This document shows positions 9,866 through 19,832 of a stretch of DNA of 64,000 nt, one piece after another. The stretch lies in contig JAJYUZ010000002.1 of assembly GCA_021792255.1 (NCBI GenBank), forward strand, positions 288,001 to 352,000, read 5' to 3'. This DNA is from Thermoplasmata archaeon (lineage in GTDB: Archaea; Thermoplasmatota; Thermoplasmata; Thermoplasmatales; GCA-001856825). Both the position numbers and the translations under genes were made by a program. The stretch's first letter is position 1, and every line of letters begins with the position of its first letter. Under the pieces are notes generated by a model. It was not told the DNA's origin. It saw only the letters and a program-made list of their open reading frames with translations, and did not search any database.

Positions 9866-9919
9866 TTTTTCTATGCATAAAGTTAATAATTATTATTTGA
9901 ATAAGACGGAGCGATTAAT

Positions 9920-10306
9920 ATGGTCTCAAAAAGAACCATGAGGTATCAGAACAAGAACAGGAATTTGAATGAGCTCTCACAGCAGATAGAACAACAACTA
10001 CAGAGCGAAAGGTACAAAGTTCAATCGAAGCAGCTCCCGACCGGTAACGTGATCCAAGCCCAGAAGGCAGGTATCCTGCGAGACATAATAACCGCAGATA
10101 GGGCATTTACAATAGCGCTTGAGGGTCAGCCAGACGATTTCACCGTGACAGTCGGAATCGGGAAATTCATCCAGAATATAGCGGTTGCAGCCGTGGAAGC
10201 GATTTTACTTTCCGAGCTATTTCTTGTGGTCGATGTACCAGAAATGTTGTGGACGGAACACGTGGAAAAAGGAATAATAAAAGAAATAAACACAATCGTT
10301 GGATGA
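9920..10306 (+). CDS. Conserved hypothetical protein
   Basis: Clean ORF with GGAG upstream; no family recognised. Confidence 0.6.
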   Translation: MVSKRTMRYQNKNRNLNELSQQIEQQLQSERYKVQSKQLPTGNVIQAQKAGILRDIITADRAFTIALEGQPDDFTVTVGIGKFIQNIAVAAVEAILLSELFLVVDVPEMLWTEHVEKGIIKEINTIVG

Positions 10307-10406
10307 AAAGCCTATAAGCACTCAATCATGAAATGCTTGAAGGATCCGGTCTCAAGAATATAAACAAGAGTCCAATGGAGCTATTCAGGAAAGCGCAAAT
10401 TAATTT

Positions 10407-10640
10407 ATGGAAGGTCATTATACCCCTCAAATGAAGTTCACCGGAAACTACGTAATGCAGTACCTATCATTCGCCCTTTTACTAGGTGCAGTAGCGTTCT
10501 ATGTTGGATGGTCTATAGCGTACGGTGACTGGAACGATATTGGATTGTATTCAGTTTCTGTAATACTGATACTCTTTGGAATACTGGGAACAGCTCTGTT
10601 TCATTTTAAGATAAAGCAAGAGGAATCGAACTTAAAATAG
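10407..10640 (+). CDS. Small 2-TM membrane protein
   Basis: Two hydrophobic helices. Confidence 0.55.
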   Translation: MEGHYTPQMKFTGNYVMQYLSFALLLGAVAFYVGWSIAYGDWNDIGLYSVSVILILFGILGTALFHFKIKQEESNLK

Positions 10641-10746
10641 ATAAGAGCACTAGCAGATGTACAAGTTTCATCGACAATACGCTGGTAAGACTGGAACATA
10701 ATATTTTTTATTCAAGACTTGCTCAAGTAAGAAAAGCGGTGGTTCC

Positions 10747-12195
10747 TTGGAGACAGAGCAAAAAAAATATTTACTCACAGCAAAGAAGAGCGAAAACATC
10801 ACAGACTGGTACACACAGGTGATAGTCAACTCCGAGTTTGTCGATTATAGTGCTGTATCGGGTATGATGGTCTATCGGCCGGACTCCTATTTTGCATGGG
10901 ACACGATAAAGGAGGCCACTGACAAATTGTTCAAGGAAGCGGGGGTGCAGGACGTGTACTTCCCGCTGTTCATCCCAGAACGTTTTCTGATGAAGGAAAG
11001 CGAGCACGTCAAGGGATTCTCACCAGAAGTAGCATGGATTACCCACGCAGGGCAGTCTCAGCTTTCGGAGCGCCTAGCAGTCCGCCCAACTTCGGAGACA
11101 ATAATGTACGACAGTTTCTCCAGATGGATTCGTTCTTGGAGAGACCTCCCTATAAAGTTCAATATATGGGCAAGTGTGGTTCGCTGGGAATTCAAGCACC
11201 CTACCCCGCTGCTCAGGAGCAGAGAATTTCTGTGGAACGAGGGACACAGCGCATTTGCCACGCTCGAGGAGGCAGAAGCAGAGCGTAAAATAATTCTCGA
11301 TATCTATGAGAAGATTTTGCGTGAATATCTTGCCATTCCTGGAATAAGAGGGAGAAAGACGGACAACGAGAAGTTTGCAGGCGCTGTAGCGTCTTACAGT
11401 ATAGAACACCTCATGCCAGATGGCTGGGTACTTCAGGGACCGGATCACCATAGCGATGGTCAGAACTTTGCGAGAGCGTTTGACATAAGATTCATAGACA
11501 AAGATGGACAGAGGAAGTACGTTTATCAGAACACCTATGCCATAAGTACGAGAGAACTCGGTGCTATGGTGCTTACGCACGGAGACGACAAGGGGCTCGT
11601 ACTGCCGCCAAAGCTTGCAAGGATACAGATCGTACTTGTGCCAATATACAACGACTTGAAGAAGGAAGAAGTCCTGAGATATTCCAGATCTGTGTACGAG
11701 TCGTTAAGGAGCAATTTCCGCACGTATCTAGATGATCGCGATGAATACTCTCCAGGATGGAAGTACAATGAATGGGAGTTCAAGGGTGTACCAGTGCGCT
11801 TAGAGATTGGACAACGTGAGGTAGATTCAAATTCCGTGACTACCGTGCGCCGTGACACTGGAAGGAAAGAGGGCATGAAACTTGAACAACTTAGAGATTC
11901 CCTGGTTTCACTTCTGGAAGACATACACACAAATCTGTACACTAGAGCCTTGAAATTCCTCGAGTCCCACACATTTGCCGTTAAGAGTTATGAACAACTG
12001 AAGAAGTTGGTTGGCAACGGTATCGCGCAGGCACCCTGGTGTGGATCATATGAATGTGAGGCAAAGATCAACGAAGAGACTGGCGCAAAGATAACAAATC
12101 TTCCCTCAAGTGAGGAGGAGAATGTCAAGGGACAAATGTGCATTTACTGCGGAAAAGAGGCGAAGTATATCGCTAATTTTGCTAGATCATACTAG
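10747..12195 (+). CDS. proS: Prolyl-tRNA synthetase (archaeal/eukaryal type)
   Basis: LAVRPTSET, VRWEFKHP..LRSREFLWNEGH, HGDDKGLVLPP, C-terminal ARSY. Confidence 0.96.
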   Translation: METEQKKYLLTAKKSENITDWYTQVIVNSEFVDYSAVSGMMVYRPDSYFAWDTIKEATDKLFKEAGVQDVYFPLFIPERFLMKESEHVKGFSPEVAWITHAGQSQLSERLAVRPTSETIMYDSFSRWIRSWRDLPIKFNIWASVVRWEFKHPTPLLRSREFLWNEGHSAFATLEEAEAERKIILDIYEKILREYLAIPGIRGRKTDNEKFAGAVASYSIEHLMPDGWVLQGPDHHSDGQNFARAFDIRFIDKDGQRKYVYQNTYAISTRELGAMVLTHGDDKGLVLPPKLARIQIVLVPIYNDLKKEEVLRYSRSVYESLRSNFRTYLDDRDEYSPGWKYNEWEFKGVPVRLEIGQREVDSNSVTTVRRDTGRKEGMKLEQLRDSLVSLLEDIHTNLYTRALKFLESHTFAVKSYEQLKKLVGNGIAQAPWCGSYECEAKINEETGAKITNLPSSEEENVKGQMCIYCGKEAKYIANFARSY

Positions 12196-12408
12196 CGTAT
12201 CGGAAAAGGCGCCTTGGTAGAAATCAGCAAGAGAACCAAACTCGCAAAGACGGTACCCTCTTAGACTTAATACTCTCGTACTGAAGAGGAATAAGGTGGA
12301 CTGTCGATTGGGGCTCTCACCGGTAATGATCTCTAATATTCCGCAGCAAAGCTTTCTTTAAACCAAATTGAATAGCACTGTCTGCGTTTGGGAAAAGGTG
12401 TGCGAGGT

Positions 12409-13179
12409 CTAATCGGCCTCGCTCAGAAAATCCTTTACTTCTTCTATTTTTGATTCAAAGAACTCAGTTCCAGTTCCCTTTGCGACAAATTTTCCGTCGT
12501 AGATCAAGTTCGTATAATCCGATACCTTCCTCGTGAGATTCATGTCGTGAGTGACCAGTACGACGGTGTACTTCTGTTTCAGAGACCTTATCAAATCAAC
12601 GATCTTTCCTTTAGCTATAGGATCAAGGGCACTCGTAGGTTCGTCAAGCATCAGTACCTTTGGTCTTAGCACTAGGGCTCTTGCAATGCACAATCTCTGT
12701 TGCTGTCCTCCCGATAGAGATGTTCCCATCTGTTTCAAGTTTCCCCCCAGTTCCTCGTAAAGATCTGCGTCCTCTAAGGCTTGAACTATAACCTTGTCCA
12801 TTTCCTCCCTCTTCAGTTTCTTACCCTGGATCCTCAGTCCGAAGGCTACATTGTCATATACCGACATTGGAAAGGGATTTGGTTTCTGGAATACCAGACC
12901 TATCTCCCTTCTCAACTCTACAGGATCGAAGTCCCTGATGTTTCTTTTTTCGAAGAGAATATCTCCGGTGACTTCCATAGCAGGATCCATCTCAAGGAGC
13001 CTGTTAAGAGACCTCAACAAAGTGCTCTTTCCGCTCCCAGACGGACCAACAATGGTGTTAACGTTGTTTCTGAATATGTTTAGATCCACTCTGTCAAGTA
13101 TCACCTTGTTCTTTGTCTTAATCTTCAGTTTCTCTATCTCAATTACTTTCTCAACTTTTTCGACACTTTTTTCTTCCAT
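12409..13179 (-). CDS. pstB: Phosphate ABC transporter ATPase
   Basis: GPSGSGKST, FQKPNPFPMSVYDNV, LSGGQQQRLCIARAL, DEPTSALDP. Confidence 0.95.
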   Translation of the reverse strand: MEEKSVEKVEKVIEIEKLKIKTKNKVILDRVDLNIFRNNVNTIVGPSGSGKSTLLRSLNRLLEMDPAMEVTGDILFEKRNIRDFDPVELRREIGLVFQKPNPFPMSVYDNVAFGLRIQGKKLKREEMDKVIVQALEDADLYEELGGNLKQMGTSLSGGQQQRLCIARALVLRPKVLMLDEPTSALDPIAKGKIVDLIRSLKQKYTVVLVTHDMNLTRKVSDYTNLIYDGKFVAKGTGTEFFESKIEEVKDFLSEAD

Positions 13180-13181
13180 CT

Positions 13182-14051
13182 CTATTTCCTCCTGACAATA
13201 TACTTTGAAATCAAAATCAGGGCAGTTACGCTCAGTACGAGTATCATGGCCGACACGAATGCCAGATCGTGAGAGTAGGTAGTTGGCTCGTTAATTCCAG
13301 TCCATACAACGTATGTTAAATACGCTACCTGAGAGTGCAAGAATCCCGTCGGAAGTGCATTGTTGAACCCCGCTGAATAGATAAGCTGTGCAGTCTCTCC
13401 CGCAGATATGCTGACTGCAAGAAGTATTCCGGACAGAATACCGACCTTTGCTTGTGGAAGGTATATTCTTGATGCAACTCTTATGTCGTCCGCCCCCAGT
13501 GCATAAGCGTTCTCTATCTGTTCCTTTGGGATGTTCTTGAAGGAAATTTCTATGATTCTCAGTAGATATGGGAGCATCATCACTGATAGCGCAAGACCAC
13601 CCGCGATCAGCGAAAACCCCATGTGATATCTTATCACTAGAACCAGGTACGCAAATAGACCTATTACTATGGAAGGAACGCTCGTAAGAACATCAGTAAA
13701 GAGACGAGCCGCAGAAGATATTGTACCATTTGATTTGGCGTTGACTATGTAGAGTGCCCCAAGGAGGCTGGGTGGGAGGGAAAACACAAGTCCCATCCCG
13801 ACTAGCATCCAAGTCCCAACAATTGCATTTAGTACCCCTCCTGAAGACGTATTTCCAAACGTGCTCAGAATTTTCCAGGTTATATGTGTAGCTCCAGCAT
13901 TGAGGACGTAGATGAAGATCGAAATCAGGATTACTATCATTGTGCCAAGGACCACGAAGCTAAGTGCATTAGCTACCTTGTCCTTGACCCTCCTCGTACT
14001 GACACTCTTCCACTTCAATTCTGTCTGATCCTTGGCATAAGAGTTAGTCAC
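13182..14051 (-). CDS. pstA: Phosphate ABC transporter permease
   Basis: GGVLNAIVGT, PSIVIGLF, ENAYALGA, GETA; operon context. Confidence 0.92.
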   Translation of the reverse strand: MTNSYAKDQTELKWKSVSTRRVKDKVANALSFVVLGTMIVILISIFIYVLNAGATHITWKILSTFGNTSSGGVLNAIVGTWMLVGMGLVFSLPPSLLGALYIVNAKSNGTISSAARLFTDVLTSVPSIVIGLFAYLVLVIRYHMGFSLIAGGLALSVMMLPYLLRIIEISFKNIPKEQIENAYALGADDIRVASRIYLPQAKVGILSGILLAVSISAGETAQLIYSAGFNNALPTGFLHSQVAYLTYVVWTGINEPTTYSHDLAFVSAMILVLSVTALILISKYIVRRK

Positions 14052-15021
14052 TTTCGTACCCCCTTAGTGCCCCTCTCCCTGCGATCTTTCTTCCAATGAC
14101 GCTCGCGGCGAGGGCAATTAACATCAGAACCATTGCCAGCTCTGCGAGTGCGGCAAGATTCATTCCAGTCGAGTCAGTGAATGCGCTGTCCAAGAGGGAT
14201 GCGATTGCAGCTGCCATAGTATTGGTTGCTGAATATAGGTTACTAGGCAGAACATTGGTTACTGCGCCGCTGACCATAAGGACGGCCATAGTTTCTCCAA
14301 GTGCTCTCCCGATTCCGAGGAGAGTTCCACCTACGGTAGAAGCCCTGGAATAGCGGGTAATCAAGTATTTGCCGACCTCCCATTTTGTTGCACCCAAAGA
14401 AAAAAGGCCGTCCTTGACTTCCTTGGGTACTGTGTCGAACGAATTCACTATGACCGAGGTGACGATTGGTGTTATCATGAAGCTAAGGATGATTCCCGAA
14501 GCTATCAGTCCCGCACCGCTGTATATCTCTCCCTTGAATCCAGGGATAAAAGAGAGGTGCTGTGCCATCCACGGTTCTATATTGTTGAAGAGCAAGGGTT
14601 CAAGAACGATTATTCCCCACAGTCCGTAAACGACGCTAGGAATTCCAGCGAACAGCTCAATCATAGACACCACGAATTTCTTTATCCTAGCTGGAAGATA
14701 TAGCTCAACGTTCAGTGACACCAGGAAGCTAACAGGGAAAGCGATAAATATGGCCAAAGCAGACGTGCTCAGGGTCCCTAAAAGGAATAAGTCCAAACCG
14801 AAGGATGATCCAGCCGGGGCAGGCACTCCGTGTCTTATTATGGGGGCCTGGAATTGGAATCCGGGATTCCACAGATAGGTCGTAAAGAATGAAATTCCGT
14901 TGTACTTTATAGATGGTATTGAGTAGTATACTACAAAAACGATAATGGAAATGAGGACCACCGCTGGTACGGCGGCCATCAGTAGAGTAAGAAAATTGAA
15001 AAATTTATTAGACGTTTTCAT
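14044..15021 (-). CDS. pstC: Phosphate ABC transporter permease
   Basis: ELFAGIPSVVYGLWG, SLGATKWE, GRALGETMAV. Confidence 0.94.
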   Translation of the reverse strand: MKTSNKFFNFLTLLMAAVPAVVLISIIVFVVYYSIPSIKYNGISFFTTYLWNPGFQFQAPIIRHGVPAPAGSSFGLDLFLLGTLSTSALAIFIAFPVSFLVSLNVELYLPARIKKFVVSMIELFAGIPSVVYGLWGIIVLEPLLFNNIEPWMAQHLSFIPGFKGEIYSGAGLIASGIILSFMITPIVTSVIVNSFDTVPKEVKDGLFSLGATKWEVGKYLITRYSRASTVGGTLLGIGRALGETMAVLMVSGAVTNVLPSNLYSATNTMAAAIASLLDSAFTDSTGMNLAALAELAMVLMLIALAASVIGRKIAGRGALRGYESD

Positions 15022-15030
15022 TCGCTGCCT

Positions 15031-18000
15031 CTATCCCGTTATCTTGTTTACCATTGGGTCCACTATCTGCTGGACAACCGAAGATGGTAGAGCAACCAGA
15101 TTGAAAGACTGAAGGTACGTCGCCGCTGCTCCTCCGTTAGGGCTCACCGCCCACTGTATGAAAGCCTGAAGTGCAGATGCAACTGCTGCACTGGTCTGAT
15201 TCTGTTTAACGATGATGTACTCCATGTCCGCTATTGGATACGAGTAGTTACCTGGTGCATACTGAAGTCTTACGGTTCCGTTAGAAGGTATCTGTGATAG
15301 ATAGTGTGAAGCTGCATTAGACACATTTTGAACCGTGGGAGCAACGAACTGGCCCTGCTGATCTTCGAGGTTGGCTACTCCAAAGTGGTCTGCGACAACC
15401 GAGCTTTGGTATGTGGCAGCTATGTAGCTTATAGAGTAGGGTGTCGAGGCCATTGTTGATATGATGCCAGAGTTTCCATTTCCCGTTTCGGATCCTGCAA
15501 CCGATGGCCAGTTCACTGCCGTTCCATATGAGACTCTATTGTTCCAGGTCGCATTCGAGTAACTCAGGAACGAAGTGAACATGAACGTGTCTCCGCTCCC
15601 ATCCGATCTATGTACGGGTACTATCGTGTGATTCGGTAGTGTGACTCCTGGATTCAATGCCGCAATCGCAGGACTGTCCCAGTTGGTTATTGTTCCCATG
15701 TATATTCCCGAAATCACGTTTCCGTTGAGATTCAACGAGGTATTCAGTCCAGGTACATTGTATGCAACGTACTGGTACGATATCATTATCGGAATATTCA
15801 TTGCCCATGGGTCCTTCTGGGCCAGGCTGGGCGGCATGTATGCATCAGAGGCACCTATGACTACAGTCCCTGCGATAGCACTAGAAATTCCGGTCCCACT
15901 TCCTGTCGCTAGAGTCGTTATGGTGGAACCGGTGTAGTTGGCAGACCACGAGTTGAACACAGGATATAGTAGAGTGGACCCGGACTCCGAAAGTGTCACG
16001 AGCTGAGCCGAAGATATAGACGTCGAGATTTGGTTCACTAATGGCTCTACGACTTTTGCTATAACGCTGGAAGGTAGAGGCACAAGGTTGAACTCACTCA
16101 GATACTTTGCCTCAGCGCCTCCATTTGCTCCTACCGCCCAGAGTATGAAATTCTTTAGTGCTGTAGCCGTAGCCAGGTTGGTCTGATTTTGCTTGACGAT
16201 TATGTACTCCATATCAGATATTGGGTATGAGTTGTTACCCGGGGCATATTGGAGTCGGACCGTACCATTCGCAGGTATCTCCGTGAGATAGTGTGAGGCT
16301 GCAAGAGAAACATTCTGGACTGTCGGCGCTACAAACTGGCCGTTCTGGTTCTCAAGGTTTGCAACGTGGAATCCAGCCGAATTGACCTGAGTCTCGTAGG
16401 TCGCCGCGATGTAACCTATTGAATATGGTGTGGTAGACATTGTGCTTATAATCCCAGAGTTTCCATTGCCCGTCACTGAACCCGCTATAGAGGGCCAATT
16501 GACAGAGGTACCGTACGAAACCTTACTGTTCCAAGTAGAATTTGAGTAACTCAAGAACGAGGTGAACATGAAAGTGTCGCCACTGCCGTCAGACCTGTGT
16601 ACGGGAATGATCGTATGGTCTGGTAGTGTGACGCCAGGATTCAGACCTTGAATTGCGGGGTCGTTCCACTTTGTGATAGTCCCCATGTATATTCCAGCAA
16701 GCACATTTCCGTTAAGATTCAGAGACGTATTTACACCCGGAATATTGTAAGCTACATATTGGTAAGATATCATTATGGGTACATTCATAACCCAAGGATA
16801 TTTTTGAGCAATGCTGTACGGCATATAGGCGTCAGATGCCCCAATTATAACGGTTCCAGAGATGGCACTCGATATTCCAGTACCGCTTCCTGTGGCTATC
16901 GTCGTAATGGTGTTATTGGTGTAATTTCCAGCCCACGCATTGAATACGGGATACAAGAGAGTCGATCCGGACTCGGAAAGAGTTACTAGAGTTGCTCCAG
17001 ATATGGATGTGGATATCTGACCTACCAGTGGAACTACAACCTTCGTGACAACATTTGAAGGTATGGCTACAAGGTTGAACGCACTCAGATACCTGTCAGC
17101 TGCTCCTCCGTTCGGACTTACTGCCCAGGTGATGAACGCCTTTAGGGCATTAGCTACTGCTGCACTGGTCTGATTCTGTTTTACAACAATGTACTCCATA
17201 TCCGCTATTGGATAAGAGTTGTTTCCTGGTGCATATTGAAGAGCTACCGTTCCATTCGCTGGTATCTCGGTGAGATAGTGGGAAGCAGCAGTCGAAACGT
17301 TAGCAACTGTTGGGGCAACGAATTGTCCCACTTGGTTTTCCAATTTAGCTGTGTGGAAGCCAGCTGCATTGACCTGGGTCTGGTAAGTCGCAGCAATGTA
17401 TCCAATGGAATATGGCGTGGAGTTCATCGTGCTGATGATCCCTGCATTCTGTTCTCCTGTACGTGCTGCTGGTACCGATGGCCAGTTAACGCTGGTTGCA
17501 AATCCAACTTGCTTTGCCCAGGTAGAATTTGATTTGCTAAGGAACGAAGTGAACATGAACGTGTCTCCGCTCCCATCCGATCTATGTACGGGTACTATCG
17601 TGTGATTCGGTAGTGTGACTCCTGGATTCAATGCCGCAATCGCAGGACTGTCCCAGTTGGTTATTGTTCCTAAGAAGATTCCTGCTATGACGTTTCCATT
17701 GAGGTTTAGAGTAGCCGCAAAACTAGGAATATTGTAAGCAATATACTGGTACGATATCATTATCGGAATGTTCATTGCCCACGAATTTTGGTTGGCTACG
17801 CTATAGGGCATGTACGCATCCGAAGCACCAATAACCACAGTCCCCGCAAGGGCGCTCGATATTCCGGTTCCACTTCCTGTTGATAGTGTCGTAATCGTAG
17901 CGTTAGTATAGTTACCAGCCCAGGCATTGAAAACTGGATACAACAAGGACGATCCAGACTCTGAGAGAGTGACCTTTGCTGGCTGTGTGTTGTGGTGTTC

Positions 18001-18084
18001 CGAAAGGACCACCGTAGCTACGGCTCCGACAACAACAATTAAGACGACTGCAACTGCAATAATTGCTATTGTTGATCTATTCAT
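15031..18084 (-). CDS. pstS: Phosphate-binding protein with three tandem PstS domains and an N-terminal membrane anchor
   Basis: SESGS[ST]LLYP, TGSGTG, GASDAY and HRSDGSGDT each occur three times with a 329-aa period. Confidence 0.93.
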   Translation of the reverse strand: MNRSTIAIIAVAVVLIVVVGAVATVVLSEHHNTQPAKVTLSESGSSLLYPVFNAWAGNYTNATITTLSTGSGTGISSALAGTVVIGASDAYMPYSVANQNSWAMNIPIMISYQYIAYNIPSFAATLNLNGNVIAGIFLGTITNWDSPAIAALNPGVTLPNHTIVPVHRSDGSGDTFMFTSFLSKSNSTWAKQVGFATSVNWPSVPAARTGEQNAGIISTMNSTPYSIGYIAATYQTQVNAAGFHTAKLENQVGQFVAPTVANVSTAASHYLTEIPANGTVALQYAPGNNSYPIADMEYIVVKQNQTSAAVANALKAFITWAVSPNGGAADRYLSAFNLVAIPSNVVTKVVVPLVGQISTSISGATLVTLSESGSTLLYPVFNAWAGNYTNNTITTIATGSGTGISSAISGTVIIGASDAYMPYSIAQKYPWVMNVPIMISYQYVAYNIPGVNTSLNLNGNVLAGIYMGTITKWNDPAIQGLNPGVTLPDHTIIPVHRSDGSGDTFMFTSFLSYSNSTWNSKVSYGTSVNWPSIAGSVTGNGNSGIISTMSTTPYSIGYIAATYETQVNSAGFHVANLENQNGQFVAPTVQNVSLAASHYLTEIPANGTVRLQYAPGNNSYPISDMEYIIVKQNQTNLATATALKNFILWAVGANGGAEAKYLSEFNLVPLPSSVIAKVVEPLVNQISTSISSAQLVTLSESGSTLLYPVFNSWSANYTGSTITTLATGSGTGISSAIAGTVVIGASDAYMPPSLAQKDPWAMNIPIMISYQYVAYNVPGLNTSLNLNGNVISGIYMGTITNWDSPAIAALNPGVTLPNHTIVPVHRSDGSGDTFMFTSFLSYSNATWNNRVSYGTAVNWPSVAGSETGNGNSGIISTMASTPYSISYIAATYQSSVVADHFGVANLEDQQGQFVAPTVQNVSNAASHYLSQIPSNGTVRLQYAPGNYSYPIADMEYIIVKQNQTSAAVASALQAFIQWAVSPNGGAAATYLQSFNLVALPSSVVQQIVDPMVNKITG
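15566..15696. repeat. 131-bp exact direct repeat, copy in PstS domain 3 (partner at 17540-17670)
   Basis: Base-by-base identity with 17540-17670; offset 1974 = 2 x 987. Confidence 0.9.
17540..17670. repeat. 131-bp exact direct repeat, copy in PstS domain 1
   Basis: Identical to 15566-15696. Confidence 0.9.
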
Positions 18085-18254
18085 ATACTCTCAAATCAGC
18101 GAGCCACTGTCAATATTAATTTAAATTCCAATGAGTTTACGCTAAGTCACCAAATGAAAGTAGCGGCACTTACAATACGTAGCCGACAGTACTCTCTATA
18201 CTACTATTTTCTCTAAGGTCACAAAGAAGTTAACGCATCATAGGGTTGATAACT

Positions 18255-19694
18255 ATGAGTACCAGCGTATTCAAAGACTTAGACAATACTCCGCTGGGGA
18301 TGAACCATCTCAAGGTCTGGTTCACCTCAGGCATGGGCTTTTTCACAGACGCATATGACCTTTTCATCATAGGCATTGTTCTGTTGCTATTGGAAGGAAG
18401 CTTGCCGACCTCTTTTCATATAGCCTCGGGCAACGCTTTTATCGGCGCAGGACTCCTCGGATCGTCTGCGATAATAGCAGCAATCTTCGGCCAAGTGATC
18501 TGGGGTACTCTAGCAGATAAGCTAGGTAGAAAGTCAATTTATGGAATAGAGGCGGCTATTCTCGCCACGGGAGCGCTGCTCAGCGCATTCGCCTGGAGTT
18601 ATTGGTCACTCTTTTTGTTCAGATTCATACTCGGATTTGGAATCGGAGGAGACTACCCCATAAGTGCTACGATTATGAGCGAATACTCGAATTCAAAAGA
18701 CAGAGGGAAATTGGTAGCGTTAACCTTTGCTAATCAGGGAATTGGATCGGTAGCAGCAGTTCTAGTCGGCCTGGTGGCAGTCACTATTTTGCCTCCTGAG
18801 TTCGCATGGAGATTCATGCTGGGCTTTGGAGCAATTCCAGCACTATTAGTTGTATACTTGAGAAGGAAACTCCCAGAAACACCAAGGTTCTCAGCCCTTG
18901 TTAAGAACAACGGCGCCGGAGCAAACAAGGCAGCGAAATTCATAAACAAGGACGCTAAAATAGATACTTCCGCCAAATCCAGTGTATCTTCGATCAGGAC
19001 GTTCTTCAGCAACTATTGGTCGATGTTGATTGTTACTGCAGGCAGCTGGTTCCTTCTAGATATGGCTTTTTATGGTACCGGAATTTTCTCAGGACCAATT
19101 ACCAGTCAAATCTTACCGACTTCGTCACTAGCAGGAAAAATCGTAATCGCAGGGATTCCTTTCATGGTAGGGTTTTTCGGTTACTTCACATCAGTTGGCC
19201 TGATGGATAGGGCGGGGCGAAAGACCCTTCAAATTGCAGGATTCATAGGCATGGCAGTACTGTACTTTGCTGTTGCTTCACTGATGTTGACCAAAGGAAC
19301 AAAGATTACAGGTTTTCTCCTACCCTCTACACTGATGCTAGCTCTGTACGCTTTGACCTACTTCTTTATAGACATGGGACCAAACACAACGACATTTGTA
19401 GTGCCAGCCGAAATATATCCAGTAAAGTACAGAACGACGGGCCACGGTATATCGGCCGCATCAGGAAAGATCGGTGCTGCAATCACCACTTTCTTCTTCG
19501 TTGATCTACTTGCATCCGTTGGTCTGAGAGAAGTTCTTTTCCTACTTGCAGGCGTCTCAGTAGTTGGAGCGTTGCTCTCAATATTCCTTAAGGAGACCAA
19601 GCACCTGAGCTTGGAAGACGCTTCTTCAGATAGAATAGTGGAGAACAAGAAACTCGACTCTGAACCTTCGGTTCCAACCCCAACCAGTGAGTAA
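18255..19694 (+). CDS. MFS phosphate:H+ symporter (Pho84/PHS family)
   Basis: SGMGFFTDAYDLF, GIGGDYPISATIMSE, GPNTTTFVVPAE, RTTGHGISAASGK. Confidence 0.88.
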   Translation: MSTSVFKDLDNTPLGMNHLKVWFTSGMGFFTDAYDLFIIGIVLLLLEGSLPTSFHIASGNAFIGAGLLGSSAIIAAIFGQVIWGTLADKLGRKSIYGIEAAILATGALLSAFAWSYWSLFLFRFILGFGIGGDYPISATIMSEYSNSKDRGKLVALTFANQGIGSVAAVLVGLVAVTILPPEFAWRFMLGFGAIPALLVVYLRRKLPETPRFSALVKNNGAGANKAAKFINKDAKIDTSAKSSVSSIRTFFSNYWSMLIVTAGSWFLLDMAFYGTGIFSGPITSQILPTSSLAGKIVIAGIPFMVGFFGYFTSVGLMDRAGRKTLQIAGFIGMAVLYFAVASLMLTKGTKITGFLLPSTLMLALYALTYFFIDMGPNTTTFVVPAEIYPVKYRTTGHGISAASGKIGAAITTFFFVDLLASVGLREVLFLLAGVSVVGALLSIFLKETKHLSLEDASSDRIVENKKLDSEPSVPTPTSE

Positions 19695-19832
19695 TTTTTT
19701 TCTATTTTCTTTTTTTTTGAAAATTTTAAGTTCACGATTTCTGTCAATCAGTTGGATAGTTGAAAAGACCCAATGTCTAAAAGATAATTACCAAAAGGTA
19801 AAGATTTTATCACGTCTCTAATATGATGGTGC

